In this document: positions 1-10,255 of the stretch, piece after piece | How the letters are laid out: every line of letters begins with the position of its first letter | Numbering within the stretch: the first letter of the stretch is position 1 | Assembly (NCBI GenBank): GCA_041674805.1 | Contig: JBAYVA010000004.1 | Coordinates: 30,069-94,068 of the forward strand | DNA: 64,000 nucleotides | Source of the DNA: Candidatus Magasanikiibacteriota bacterium | Lineage (GTDB): Bacteria; Patescibacteriota; Patescibacteriia; Magasanikbacterales; UBA922 | Direction: 5' to 3' | Made by a program: the position numbers and the translations under genes | Notes under the pieces: model-generated | What the model was told of the DNA's origin: nothing | The model's input: the letters and a program-made list of their open reading frames with translations, nothing else | Databases searched by the model: none

Positions 1-1
1 G

Positions 2-1288
2 TTTATCAAAGATATTGCCGATTTTGTCGGACAAAGTGTAGAAATAAAAGCGTGGGTGTATAACTTACGTTCTTCAGGTTCTCTTTCTTTTTTGGAGTTG
101 CGTGATGGTACTGGTTTTATTCAAGCTGTTGTTGCCAAAGACAATGTTTCTGCTGAAACTTGGTTAAATACTGAAAAATTGACTCAAGAGTCTTCTATTA
201 GTTTGATGGGTACTGTAAGTAAGCATCCCAAAAAAGAAGGTGTTTATGAAATTCAAGTTACTGATTTGAAAATTTTTGGTTTGTCACAAGATTATCCAAT
301 CGCTCACAAAGAACATGGTCCAGAATTTTTGTTGGAAAATCGTCATTTGTGGCTTCGCTCAAAAAGACAATGGGCAATTTTGCGTATTCGCGATACTGTA
401 GAAACTGCTATCAATGAATATTTGCATAGTATAAATTTTGTACGTACTGATTCTCCAATTTTTACACCAAATGCTTGTGAAGGAACCACTACACTTTTCC
501 CTGTGCCATATTTTGATTTAGGTGAAGCTTATTTGTCACAATCTGGACAATTGTATATAGAAGCGGCGATTGCTAGTGTTGGTCGTTGTTATGATTTTGG
601 TCCAGTATTTCGTGCTGAAAAATCGGTAACAAAAAGACATTTGACAGAATTTTGGATGATGGATGCTGAAGCTGCTTTTGTAGAGCATGAAGAAAATCTT
701 CGTATTCAAGAAGGCTTAGTCAAAGCTATTGTCAAAAAATGTTTGGACAATTGTACTCAAGAATTTGAAATTTTGGAAAGAAATACTGAACCACTAAAAA
801 AAGTTTTGGAAAAATCATTTACTCGTTATACTTATGATGATGCTATTGTAAAATTGAATGAATTAGGTAGTGATATCAAACATGGGGAAGATTTGGGAAA
901 TGATGATGAAGGCTTACTTACCAAAGATAGTGATGTGCCTGTGTTTATTGAAAAATGGCCAAAAACTATCAAGCCTTTTTATATGAAGATAGATCCTGAA
1001 AACAATTCTCGTGTATTGAATGATGATTTGATTGGTATTGAAGGTTCTGGAGAATTGATTGGTGGTTCACAGCGTGAAGATAATTTTGATTTATTATTGG
1101 AAAGAATTAGAGAAGAAAATTTGCCAGAAGCTGAATATTCTTGGTATACAGATTTACGTAAATATGGTTCTGTACCACATGCTGGTTTTGGTATTGGGGT
1201 AGAGCGTGCTGTACGTTGGATGGCTGGTATTGAACATATCCGTGAGTGTATTCCTTTCCCTAGAATGGTGAATAGACTTAAACCATAA
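2..1288 (+). CDS. asnS: asparaginyl-tRNA synthetase (5' end truncated by window edge)
   Basis: Class IIb aaRS motifs FRAEKSVTKRHLTEFWMMDAEAAF, GSGELIGGSQRE, HAGFGIGVERAV. The frame is open from nt 2 (FIKDIADFVGQSVEIKAWV...), so the true start is upstream of the window. Confidence 0.85.
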   Translation, partial: FIKDIADFVGQSVEIKAWVYNLRSSGSLSFLELRDGTGFIQAVVAKDNVSAETWLNTEKLTQESSISLMGTVSKHPKKEGVYEIQVTDLKIFGLSQDYPIAHKEHGPEFLLENRHLWLRSKRQWAILRIRDTVETAINEYLHSINFVRTDSPIFTPNACEGTTTLFPVPYFDLGEAYLSQSGQLYIEAAIASVGRCYDFGPVFRAEKSVTKRHLTEFWMMDAEAAFVEHEENLRIQEGLVKAIVKKCLDNCTQEFEILERNTEPLKKVLEKSFTRYTYDDAIVKLNELGSDIKHGEDLGNDDEGLLTKDSDVPVFIEKWPKTIKPFYMKIDPENNSRVLNDDLIGIEGSGELIGGSQREDNFDLLLERIREENLPEAEYSWYTDLRKYGSVPHAGFGIGVERAVRWMAGIEHIRECIPFPRMVNRLKP

Positions 1289-1317
1289 TTGTTTTATTTT
1301 AAATTAATTTTGTAATA

Positions 1318-1347
1318 GAAAACGTTCTTTTTGTAAAGGACGTTTTT
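1318..1347 (+). terminator. rho-independent terminator after asnS
   Basis: Hairpin aacgttc/ggacgtt followed by TTTTT; a second palindrome ccgactagtcgg follows at about 1357-1370. Confidence 0.5.
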
Positions 1348-1478
1348 AATTTAGTTCCGACTAGTCGGGATTAAATATTTGAGTTTAGAAAAATTAGTTT
1401 ATTATTTAAAATTAAAAATTCCAAAATTTCTAAATTATCTATATTAGCTATGGTGTGGATATTCTCCAGCTTTGCTAT

Positions 1479-1507
1479 TATTCTTTATTTGCAATTTGTG
1501 TTATAAT
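1479..1507 (+). promoter_or_regulatory. candidate sigma70-like promoter with extended -10 (TGtTATAAT) for the T4SS-like operon
   Basis: TGtTATAAT at 1499-1507 with a weak -35 at 17-bp spacing; about 35 nt upstream of the 1546 start. Confidence 0.3.
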
Positions 1508-1545
1508 ATTTACAAATACATTTTTAAACGGCTAACCAAAAATAC

Positions 1546-4500
1546 ATGAGTCGTTTTGTCTTAAATCAAGTTTTGAAAATAAAAAACTTGTTGTCAAAAA
1601 TATTACCAAAAAAATTATCCAAATATCATTATTTGGCATTTTTTGTTTCTTCAATTATTTTAGTTTTTATTTTTTCTAGTCATAGTGTAATTGCTGAAGG
1701 TAGTACAGATGTTTTCGGTGGTATCGGTAATTGGGTATCTGGTGCTTTGTTGACTTTTGCTAATTTAGCTATTTTGTTGAGTATTTTCTTTTTGAAATTT
1801 TTTATTCATTTAGCTAGTTACAACAATTATATTGATGTAAATGTCGTAAAAATTGGTTGGGTGATGGTACGTGATGTAGCTAATATGTTCTTTGTGGTTG
1901 CTTTGCTTATTATTGCTTTTGCTACTATTTTAGGTATTGAAAAGTATGAATGGAAAAAAGGCCTAGTCAAGTTGATTGCTATGGCTATTTTGATAAATTT
2001 TAGTAATTTGATAGCTCAAGTTATTATTGATGTAGCTCATGTTTTTACAATTACTTTTTTGAATGCTATTTCTGCTAGTGCTGGTGGTAATTTGATCAAC
2101 ATGTTTGATTTGGCTGAAATAAATACAATGGTTCATGGTAGAGAGCTTGGTTCTGATATGCAACAAGCCAATTATGCCATATTTGGTGCTGCTGTGTTGG
2201 CTCTTATTTTTTCGGTTATTACAGCGGTAACCTTGGGAGCTTATGCTATCGTGATGGCTGCTCGTGTGGTGGTATTGTGGGCTTTGATCATTTTGTCTCC
2301 ATTGGCTTATCTTTTGTCAGCTTTGCCTGATGGTGACAAATATGCTAGTAAATGGTGGTCAGAGTTCAACAGGCATGTGATAGTCGCTCCGGTAATGGTT
2401 TTTTTCTTATGGTTGGCTTTTGCTACTTTTGGTAGCGGCAATATTATGGCTGAAATAAGTAAAAGTGCGACCGTACCTTTGGATACTGGTAGTATTCCTA
2501 CTTCTATATCTTTGTTAGAAGTTTCTACTTGGGAAAATATGGCCAGTTTTATTTTGGGTATTATATTTTTGGTGATTGGTCTAAAAATGACACAGGAAAC
2601 AGGAGCAACTGCTTCTGGTATGGTAAGTGCTGCTGTAGATTGGGGTAAGAAAGTGGCTACTATTGCTAGTGGTTATGCTCTGGGTAGATGGATGGTGGGT
2701 AAGGGCAAGGATGCTGTTATAGAAAACACACCTATTGTTGGTATGCGATCTTTAAGACGTTACGGTAAACAAATAAAAGGTGTTACTACTTATCCATTCA
2801 AAAGATTTGCTATTGCACGTGATGGGCAAGTTCAAAATTTAGAAAAAAAACGAGAGGATGCAAAAAAAGAAGGTAAAACTTTTAAAAGTTTTGCTTTGGG
2901 TGCTGCTGTACTTGGAGCTACAGCTCTTTGGAGTTCTTCAAAAAGAAAAGACACTCTGGCCGATAATTGGGAGGATATTGCTGAACATATGGATAGAGAG
3001 CATGAAGCAAAAATATCTACAAGTAGAACTCCAAGTGGTGATTTAAAACAAACTGCTCGTGTGAGAGCTGATTTTGCTGTGGAAGCTAAAGATACAAAAG
3101 GTCCTCAAAAAGGTGCTGAACGTGCTTTAAAACTTATAAAAGAAAATGATAAATCAGTAGTAGATTCTTTGAAGGCTATGTCTTCATCAAAATCAAAAGG
3201 TGAGGTTGTAACTGGTTTAGTTGATGAAGTTAAACGTGAAAAATATTTGAAAGAAAGAGATAAAGATCAAATTTTAGACAAAAAAACAGATGATGATACT
3301 TATATGAAAATTTTGGCACGAAAGAAAGTTTTTAATGAAAAATTTCAAGAAACTGTTGATACTGATAGGGATTTAATGCAAGAAGATACTAGATTACATT
3401 TACATGATACAGATGATAATTATAAAAATTTAGATAATAGATCTACAGAAGCTGGAGAAAGATTGACTCAAGCAAAAAATTTATATGCTAAACGTATGGA
3501 TGAAGGCTCTGCTGTTGAAAAAGCTAAACTTATGGAAGATGATAAATTCAAGAAGAGAGAGCAGGAGTTTGGAACTCTTGAAGCTAGAACAAAAGCTATA
3601 ACAGAAGATGTTAATTCTCAAAAAGAATTATATTTATTGAAAGCTATTAAAGAGATTTTAGGAGAAATAACATTAGATACAAAAGGTAATATGACTGGTC
3701 CAGAAGATAATGTTTATAGAAGATCTTTTGTTTCTAAAGCGGCTGTAGAGAGATTGAAAGATGGTGTGGAAAGAACACAAATTTCTTCGTTGGCTTCAGC
3801 TAGAGCAGAAGGATATGAAAAAGAATCTGATGATTTACGTGCTAATTCTGTAAGAAAAAATGCTGCAGCTGAAATACAAAAAAGAGATACTGAAATGTTT
3901 GCTAATTTGAGTTATCAAGATAGACGTTTATTAGAGCAGACATTGATTGTCAAAATTCAAGAAGCTGAGGATAAAGGAGATACAGATCTTTTGAAAAAAC
4001 TTAGAATGCAAAAAAATTCTTTGACTACTTTGAATATGTTAGATGACGCTGAAACTTCTCGTGATACTCGTATTGATGCTTTAGATAAATTGGGTATTAA
4101 CGAATTAGGAGATAAAAATCGTTTAAAAGCAGAATTGCAAAGACGTCTTGGTGTTCATACAACAAAACTTGAAGCAGTTTCTATGGATGAGGGCGAACAA
4201 ATAGCATATCTTCAAAAACTTTTTGATGATTTATATGAAGGTCAAGAAGTTCAAAAACAGATTGTTTTGGAACAAATAGAAAAAGCTATGAAATCTGTTG
4301 CTATGAAAGGTGATGAATATGGTCTTGGTCTTATCAATTCAACACCAAGTAGTGATGATATAGCTTCTGGTACAATAACAAGATCTTGGAAAAGTAAAGC
4401 CGATAATGACGAGACAGATTATTTTGCTACAAGAGCTAGAGGAGTTGATAGTATTGAAGGTTATGCTAAATTAAAGAAAATTGGTGATAAATATAAAATA

Positions 4501-4800
4501 AATGGTTTTTCTAAAAGAGGGGTAAACTCAGTTTCATTTTTTTTCAAAGGTGTTGATTCTCGTTCTATGGCAGCAGAGAGTATGAAATCTGTAAGTAGTT
4601 CTGTTAATGAAGCTTCTGTTGATTCATCAAATGTAGATGAATATTTGGATTTTTTAGAGAAAACAAAAAGTTTAATGCAAAGTAGTGGTTATGAAACAGC
4701 AAAAAAACAGTGGGAACCTTTTATTGAAAAATTGGAAGCTGAGGCAGATTTTAAACAAAAGGAAAGATTAAAAGAAATTTTAAAAAAAAAGGAAGATTAA
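1546..4800 (+). CDS. VirB6/TrbL-like polytopic membrane protein with long charged coiled-coil C-terminal extension
   Basis: First roughly 420 aa hold 7-9 predicted TM helices in a TrbL/VirB6-like arrangement. The remaining roughly 650 aa are K/E/D-rich and heptad-like. It heads an operon with PrgI-like and VirB4 genes. Confidence 0.45.
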   Translation: MSRFVLNQVLKIKNLLSKILPKKLSKYHYLAFFVSSIILVFIFSSHSVIAEGSTDVFGGIGNWVSGALLTFANLAILLSIFFLKFFIHLASYNNYIDVNVVKIGWVMVRDVANMFFVVALLIIAFATILGIEKYEWKKGLVKLIAMAILINFSNLIAQVIIDVAHVFTITFLNAISASAGGNLINMFDLAEINTMVHGRELGSDMQQANYAIFGAAVLALIFSVITAVTLGAYAIVMAARVVVLWALIILSPLAYLLSALPDGDKYASKWWSEFNRHVIVAPVMVFFLWLAFATFGSGNIMAEISKSATVPLDTGSIPTSISLLEVSTWENMASFILGIIFLVIGLKMTQETGATASGMVSAAVDWGKKVATIASGYALGRWMVGKGKDAVIENTPIVGMRSLRRYGKQIKGVTTYPFKRFAIARDGQVQNLEKKREDAKKEGKTFKSFALGAAVLGATALWSSSKRKDTLADNWEDIAEHMDREHEAKISTSRTPSGDLKQTARVRADFAVEAKDTKGPQKGAERALKLIKENDKSVVDSLKAMSSSKSKGEVVTGLVDEVKREKYLKERDKDQILDKKTDDDTYMKILARKKVFNEKFQETVDTDRDLMQEDTRLHLHDTDDNYKNLDNRSTEAGERLTQAKNLYAKRMDEGSAVEKAKLMEDDKFKKREQEFGTLEARTKAITEDVNSQKELYLLKAIKEILGEITLDTKGNMTGPEDNVYRRSFVSKAAVERLKDGVERTQISSLASARAEGYEKESDDLRANSVRKNAAAEIQKRDTEMFANLSYQDRRLLEQTLIVKIQEAEDKGDTDLLKKLRMQKNSLTTLNMLDDAETSRDTRIDALDKLGINELGDKNRLKAELQRRLGVHTTKLEAVSMDEGEQIAYLQKLFDDLYEGQEVQKQIVLEQIEKAMKSVAMKGDEYGLGLINSTPSSDDIASGTITRSWKSKADNDETDYFATRARGVDSIEGYAKLKKIGDKYKINGFSKRGVNSVSFFFKGVDSRSMAAESMKSVSSSVNEASVDSSNVDEYLDFLEKTKSLMQSSGYETAKKQWEPFIEKLEAEADFKQKERLKEILKKKED

Positions 4801-4869
4801 AAGAATAAAATAGTATAATTAATTTTCATATCATATTTCCGATATCATCGGGATTGTGGAATAGTTGAT

Positions 4870-5889
4870 TTGTTTTTTATGAATAATGATTTACAAATAA
4901 AAAAAATTATTCAAAATAATAATTTTTCTGAGGTTGAAATTAAACTTAGAAAAATTATTATTGATCCTGTTGCTAAGGATGTCTTTTGGGGTATATTGGA
5001 TGAGGATTATTCTTTTGCGGATAATAAAAAAATACAAAATGATTGGTGGAAATTATATAGAATGTATGTAGAAATTTGTTGGAAAAAAATGCCAATGTTG
5101 CATATTGAATTTGTAAATAATCATTTATTTGCAAAACAATTAGTAATTGCTAGTGTACTTAAATTTGAACCTATTGAAACTTTATTAAACTATTTGGGTT
5201 CTAGATTTCTTTTGGAAGAAGAACAAATGTCTGAATATAAAAAAATAAAAGAAAGTATTTTCAATTCTAATATTGTTTTAGGTACATATAAAGGAAAAAA
5301 TGTTATTCAAAAAGAATTAATACAAGAAATTACAGAATTAAATAGTAAAAGTAACCCTACATTGGAGTTAGCTAATTTAAAAGCAAAATTAGAAGAAATA
5401 TTTTTTTCTAATTTTCCAAATGATTTGAATTTTGATAATTTTTTTGTAAATAAAAGAGAAGTTGTTGTAACATTTTTTTCTTTTGTACATTTTTTGATAG
5501 GTGTTCAACCAAAAAGTATTTCAAGATTTATTGATTTGTATTTTAATGGTAAAGAAATACTGAATAAATCAGAATTCTCTAATATCAATAATGCTTTGGA
5601 CGAAATAGTCAATTTAGATACTGACATTGTTGAAAATATAGAAAACAATGAAGATCTTTTATCTAATAGTACAAGCAATTTAGACAATAAATATTTGCAA
5701 ATCAAATCCCAACTAGAACAACAATTTTCTTATGATGAAAATGGAGAGTTGACTCCAATAGAAGAAGTTTTGAATATTTTGTCTCAAATGGCGGAAGAAC
5801 AAGGTGATGTAAATATTGAAGAGTTGTATATGTTTGATGAAAATGCTGGTAAGTTTGTCTGGAACGAAGAATTAACTAATGCTAAATAA
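4870..5889 (+). CDS. hypothetical protein (T4SS-cluster associated)
   Basis: Long ORF co-directional within the T4SS-like operon; no recognisable motifs. Confidence 0.5.
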   Translation: MFFMNNDLQIKKIIQNNNFSEVEIKLRKIIIDPVAKDVFWGILDEDYSFADNKKIQNDWWKLYRMYVEICWKKMPMLHIEFVNNHLFAKQLVIASVLKFEPIETLLNYLGSRFLLEEEQMSEYKKIKESIFNSNIVLGTYKGKNVIQKELIQEITELNSKSNPTLELANLKAKLEEIFFSNFPNDLNFDNFFVNKREVVVTFFSFVHFLIGVQPKSISRFIDLYFNGKEILNKSEFSNINNALDEIVNLDTDIVENIENNEDLLSNSTSNLDNKYLQIKSQLEQQFSYDENGELTPIEEVLNILSQMAEEQGDVNIEELYMFDENAGKFVWNEELTNAK

Positions 5890-5891
5890 GT

Positions 5892-7148
5892 ATGGCCGAT
5901 AATAAACAAGCCACAATTTTGGTAAAAAAAGCTGACGGTACAAAAGTACGCGTTACTCTTGAGGAATTCAAAAAAATGCGTGAAGGAGAAAAGGGGAATG
6001 GAGAAACATCCCAAACGTCTGGCAAGAGCGGAATGAGTGACAATGAACAGAATGTGATGAACAATGAGCTAATAACCCCGCTAGAAAATAATATTCAAGA
6101 AGAAAAAATGTTTGTCACTTCAGCTTCTGTACCTCTATCACCAGCTGTTACATTGTTAGAAAATGAACAAGTTTTAGCAAAAGAACAAAATGATGTACCT
6201 GTAGCAGAAGAAAATGAATTGGCAACAACTACACCAGTGACAGATATTTTTGTCAATGAAGCTGCTGCAAATTTTGAATGGGGTCAAAAAGACAATGAAT
6301 CACTTTTAGAAGAAGACAACAAAGAAGTAGTGGCTTTGCAAAACAAAGGTAAAGTGCATGTGGCTATGCATGATTTGAATGAACATATCAAAATGCCTAG
6401 TATGGGAATAGATGATGATATGAAAAATCGTGCTAAATCTTTGCTTATTTCTTGGCAAAAAGGTATTAGAAATGATTATCAGATTTTGGATTATGCTAAA
6501 CGAGATATCAATCACGGTGGTCTTGGTTTGGATGATGATCAAGCCAATAGATTTTTGAATCAAATAAAAAATTACAAAAATAATTTAGACAATTTGTTTG
6601 AAATAGTTTTTGAAAAAAAGAAACAACAAGTTATCTTGAATACTAATACAAAAAATGTTGTTGATGCTACATCAAAAAATGAAGTCCTAAACATAAATCC
6701 AGAAAATTTTAGAAAAGAAATTGCCAAAAATACTATTACAGATGATAATTTTTTTAGTGCTCCTTTTTCTCATACGCCACCAAAATCTGTTGTTTATGAT
6801 GTGGCTTCACCACAATCATTGAAACAAAAAACAACTGGACCAAAACAAGAAATATCCGAATTTTCATTAGTAGAATTTCGTCGTTTTGCCAAAGATCCTT
6901 ACAAATGTGCGGATATGTTATTTTCAAAATTTCAATCTTGGAAACAAGAATCTTATTTGTTGTTTTTAGATACTATGGAAGGTTGGCACTTGAGTCCTTT
7001 GTACAATATGTATGTCAGAGCAACCTTGGAAGCTTTCAACAAACATATTACTTTACAACAATTTTTTCAGACAAAAAATCCTAATGATTTTATTACTTTT
7101 GAAGAATACAAAAGTTTGATAGAGTTAAACGACAAGTTAAGTAAGTAG
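5892..7148 (+). CDS. hypothetical acidic protein (T4SS-cluster associated)
   Basis: Start sits 3 nt after the upstream stop; D/E-rich; no recognised domain. Confidence 0.5.
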   Translation: MADNKQATILVKKADGTKVRVTLEEFKKMREGEKGNGETSQTSGKSGMSDNEQNVMNNELITPLENNIQEEKMFVTSASVPLSPAVTLLENEQVLAKEQNDVPVAEENELATTTPVTDIFVNEAAANFEWGQKDNESLLEEDNKEVVALQNKGKVHVAMHDLNEHIKMPSMGIDDDMKNRAKSLLISWQKGIRNDYQILDYAKRDINHGGLGLDDDQANRFLNQIKNYKNNLDNLFEIVFEKKKQQVILNTNTKNVVDATSKNEVLNINPENFRKEIAKNTITDDNFFSAPFSHTPPKSVVYDVASPQSLKQKTTGPKQEISEFSLVEFRRFAKDPYKCADMLFSKFQSWKQESYLLFLDTMEGWHLSPLYNMYVRATLEAFNKHITLQQFFQTKNPNDFITFEEYKSLIELNDKLSK

Positions 7149-7153
7149 TTTTT

Positions 7154-7591
7154 ATGCAACAGTTTGTAGTACCACAATTTATTGAAGTAGAAGACAAAAT
7201 TTTTGGTCCAATTACAGTGAGACAGTTTCTTATATTATTAGTCACTGGTACTATTATCTTTTTTTCTTTTCGTTATGGAGATTTTTATTTGTTTCTTTTG
7301 TGCTTAGTTTTTTTTGGAGGTTTGGGTCTTATTTTCTCTTTTGTAAAAATAAATGGACAAAATTTTCATTATTTCATATTGAATGTTATACAAAGTTTAA
7401 AAAAACCAGATTTGCGTGTTTGGCACAAACATTATGACAAAGTTGAATTAAATTATTTACGTAAACGTGTTTTTGTTGTAGAGAGTGTTGACAAAAAACA
7501 AAAAAAAGTTCAAAAAAAACATATTAGAGATTTGGCTTTACTGGTGAATACTGGAGGATTTTATAAACCAGATGATGATTTTTCTTTTTAG
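7154..7591 (+). CDS. PrgI/VirB3-like small membrane protein
   Basis: N-terminus VPQFIEVEDKIFGPITVRQFLILL matches the PrgI-family pattern (P..L..V.TK..F.LT.RQ) followed by two TM helices; lies immediately upstream of VirB4. Confidence 0.5.
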   Translation: MQQFVVPQFIEVEDKIFGPITVRQFLILLVTGTIIFFSFRYGDFYLFLLCLVFFGGLGLIFSFVKINGQNFHYFILNVIQSLKKPDLRVWHKHYDKVELNYLRKRVFVVESVDKKQKKVQKKHIRDLALLVNTGGFYKPDDDFSF

Positions 7592-7652
7592 TTTATTCTT
7601 TATCAAAAAGTAATTTGATTAGAAGTAGTAGATTTGTTAAATTTTTTATATT

Positions 7653-8339
7653 ATGCAAAATAAAAAAGCTTTAAAAAAAATAAACAAAAAACCAAATACG
7701 CAGACATATTTGCCTATTGCTGAAATTAGAGATGATGTTGTGGTTTTGAAAGATGGCACTTTGCGAGCAGTACTTATTACTTCTAGTATCAATTTTTCTT
7801 TGAAATCAGAAGACGAACAAAATGCTACAATTTCTTCTTATGTAGGATTTTTGAATTCTTTGGATTTTCCTATTCAAATTAGTGTGCAATCTAGACGTTT
7901 GCAAGTCAAACCTTACTTAGAGAAATTGATGGACCAAGAAAAAAAACAAACAAACGAATTATTGCGCATCCAAACAGCTGATTATCGTTCTTTTATTGAA
8001 GAGTTAGTAGATATTGGCAAAATAATGACCAAAAAATATTATGTGATAGTTCCTTATGATCCTTTGTCTAATAATAAAAAAAGTTTTTGGTCAAGGTTCA
8101 AGGAAGTTGTCAAACCAGCAATTTCTTTACGTCTAAAAGACGAAAGATTCAAACAAAGAAAAGATGGTTTGGAAATGCGTGTTAGACAAGTATCTAGTGG
8201 TTTGGAAAATATGGGTTTATCTGTAGCGCAGTTAGATACACAATCATTGATAGAATTATATTATAATACTTACAATCCAGATATTGCTTTTGCAGAACAA
8301 TTGGGTGATATCGAAAAACAGCAAATAGAGGAGTTGTAA
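7653..8339 (+). CDS. VirB4/TrbE-like ATPase, N-terminal domain fragment (split gene)
   Basis: YLPIAEIRDDVVVLKDGTLRAVLITSSINFSLKSEDEQ...FPIQISVQSRRL resembles the VirB4 N-terminal (CagE/TrbE/VirB) domain. It stops 38 nt before the ATPase ORF. Confidence 0.5.
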   Translation: MQNKKALKKINKKPNTQTYLPIAEIRDDVVVLKDGTLRAVLITSSINFSLKSEDEQNATISSYVGFLNSLDFPIQISVQSRRLQVKPYLEKLMDQEKKQTNELLRIQTADYRSFIEELVDIGKIMTKKYYVIVPYDPLSNNKKSFWSRFKEVVKPAISLRLKDERFKQRKDGLEMRVRQVSSGLENMGLSVAQLDTQSLIELYYNTYNPDIAFAEQLGDIEKQQIEEL

Positions 8340-8377
8340 GTGTTTAGTTATTAAAAAAATAGTATATAATCATAAAT

Positions 8378-10255
8378 ATGCCTTTTAGACCTATTTCAAG
8401 CAGTAATATAAAAAACTTCAAAGATTACGAGCTTGAAGATAAAGAAAAAATAAAAATTAAAGAAGATTTAATATCTCTTGAAGAAGAGCGTGTTTATCGT
8501 GAAGGTACGGTGGCAATACGTGATCTTATTGCGCCCTCAGCTTTCAAAGTAGAACCAAATTTTTTACAATTGGGTGATACTTTTTTGCGTACTATTTTTG
8601 TAACTAGTTATCCTCGTTATATTGGAGTTGGTTGGAATGCTTCTATCCTCAATTTGAATTTGAGTATGGATGTTAGTATGTTTTTTTATCCTGTTAACTC
8701 TGCGGTAATTTTGAAACAATTAAAAAATAAAGTAGGTGCTTTGCAAGCACAATTGTCTTCAGACGCTGAAAAAGGCGCTGCCCGTGATCCTTTGAGAGAG
8801 ACAGCTTTACGTGATATAGAATCTTTGCGAGATGATTTGACTCAGGGTACTGAACATTTTTTTCAATTTGCTTTTTATATTACACTGTACTCAACAAGTA
8901 AAGAAGAATTGGACAAACAAACTGATGATTTGCACAATATTTTTGGTTCAAAATTGATTCATAGTAAACATGTTTTGTATCAATCTGAACAAGGCTTCAA
9001 TTCTACAATACCATTGGGAGTAGATGAATTAGTTATTTCTTTTAACATGAATTCATCTCCGATTGCAGCTTCATTTCCTTTTATATCCTCAGAGCTTACT
9101 AGTGATGATGGTATTTTGTATGGTATCAACAGACATAATAATAGTTTGATTTTGTTTGATAGATTTTCTTTGCAAAATGCCAATATGGTAGTATTTGCTA
9201 CTTCTGGTGCTGGTAAATCTTATGCTGTAAAATTGGAAATTTTGCGTAGTTTGATGATGGGTATTGATGTAATTGTAATTGATCCTGAAATGGAGTATGT
9301 TCATTTGTCTGAAGCTGTAAATGGTACTTATGTAAATATTTCTTTGGCTTCTGATAGTAAAGTAAATCCTTTTGATTTGCCAAGACCTGTTGGTCAACAA
9401 GTTTCAACTGAAGATGTGATTAGAAGTGCTGTCATTACTTTGAAAGGTTTGTTGCGTATTATGTTAGGTACTATAAATTCTACAGAAGATTCTATTTTGG
9501 ATAGAGCTTTGCTTGAGACTTATGCCAAAAAAGATATTACTATAAATAGTGATTTGTCTACTGTTGAAGCGCCTGTGATGCAAGATTTGCTGGATGTTTT
9601 GTCTGGTATGGATGGAGCTGAAAATTTAGTAATTAGATTAAAAAAATATACAGATGGTACTTTTGCTGGCTTATTCAATTCTCCAACCAATGTAAATACA
9701 AGTAATCAACTTGTGATATTTAGTGTGCGTGATTTGGAAGATGAATTGCGTCCAATGGCTATTTATACTTTGGTCAATTATATTTGGAATATTGTGCGTT
9801 CTGAAAAAAAGAAAAGATTACTTATGATAGATGAAGCTTGGTGGCTTATGATGCACGAAGATAGTGCCAAATTTATGTATGCTTTGGTCAAGCGTTGTCG
9901 TAAATATTTCTTGGGAGTAACAACTATCACTCAAGACGTCAATGATTTTTTGCGTTCTCCTTATGGACAAGCTATTGTGAACAACTCATCTATGCAATTG
10001 CTTTTAAAACAATCTCCTTCAGCAATTGATACTATTCAAAAGACTTTTATGTTGACAGAAGGTGAAAAATATTTGCTTTTGGATAGTCCGGTAGGACAAG
10101 GTATTTTCTTTGCTGGCAACAAACATGTGGCTATTCAAGTAGTTGCTTCTTATACTGAAGATCAATTGGTCACTACCAATCCTCAACAGCTTTTGGAAAT
10201 AGAAAGAGCCAAAAAAGATTTTCAAGATAAAATGAATAATGAGTATTTATCATAA
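8378..10255 (+). CDS. VirB4/TrbE-like conjugal-transfer ATPase, ATPase domain
   Basis: Walker A VVFATSGAGKSYAV, Walker B/DEAW motif LLMIDEAWWLM, and ITQ motif in GVTTITQD, all typical of VirB4/TraC. Confidence 0.65.
   Translation: MPFRPISSSNIKNFKDYELEDKEKIKIKEDLISLEEERVYREGTVAIRDLIAPSAFKVEPNFLQLGDTFLRTIFVTSYPRYIGVGWNASILNLNLSMDVSMFFYPVNSAVILKQLKNKVGALQAQLSSDAEKGAARDPLRETALRDIESLRDDLTQGTEHFFQFAFYITLYSTSKEELDKQTDDLHNIFGSKLIHSKHVLYQSEQGFNSTIPLGVDELVISFNMNSSPIAASFPFISSELTSDDGILYGINRHNNSLILFDRFSLQNANMVVFATSGAGKSYAVKLEILRSLMMGIDVIVIDPEMEYVHLSEAVNGTYVNISLASDSKVNPFDLPRPVGQQVSTEDVIRSAVITLKGLLRIMLGTINSTEDSILDRALLETYAKKDITINSDLSTVEAPVMQDLLDVLSGMDGAENLVIRLKKYTDGTFAGLFNSPTNVNTSNQLVIFSVRDLEDELRPMAIYTLVNYIWNIVRSEKKKRLLMIDEAWWLMMHEDSAKFMYALVKRCRKYFLGVTTITQDVNDFLRSPYGQAIVNNSSMQLLLKQSPSAIDTIQKTFMLTEGEKYLLLDSPVGQGIFFAGNKHVAIQVVASYTEDQLVTTNPQQLLEIERAKKDFQDKMNNEYLS

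Noticed and set aside
1963-2166. Numerous 60-117-aa antisense/alternative-frame ORFs in the track (e.g. 1963-2166, 9089-9400, 20423-20776, 21313-21609, 26447-26743, 31795-32097, 48843-49244)
   Set aside because: All are embedded in longer, motif-supported genes on the other strand or frame. AT-rich DNA has few stops in antisense frames, and their translations are low-complexity.
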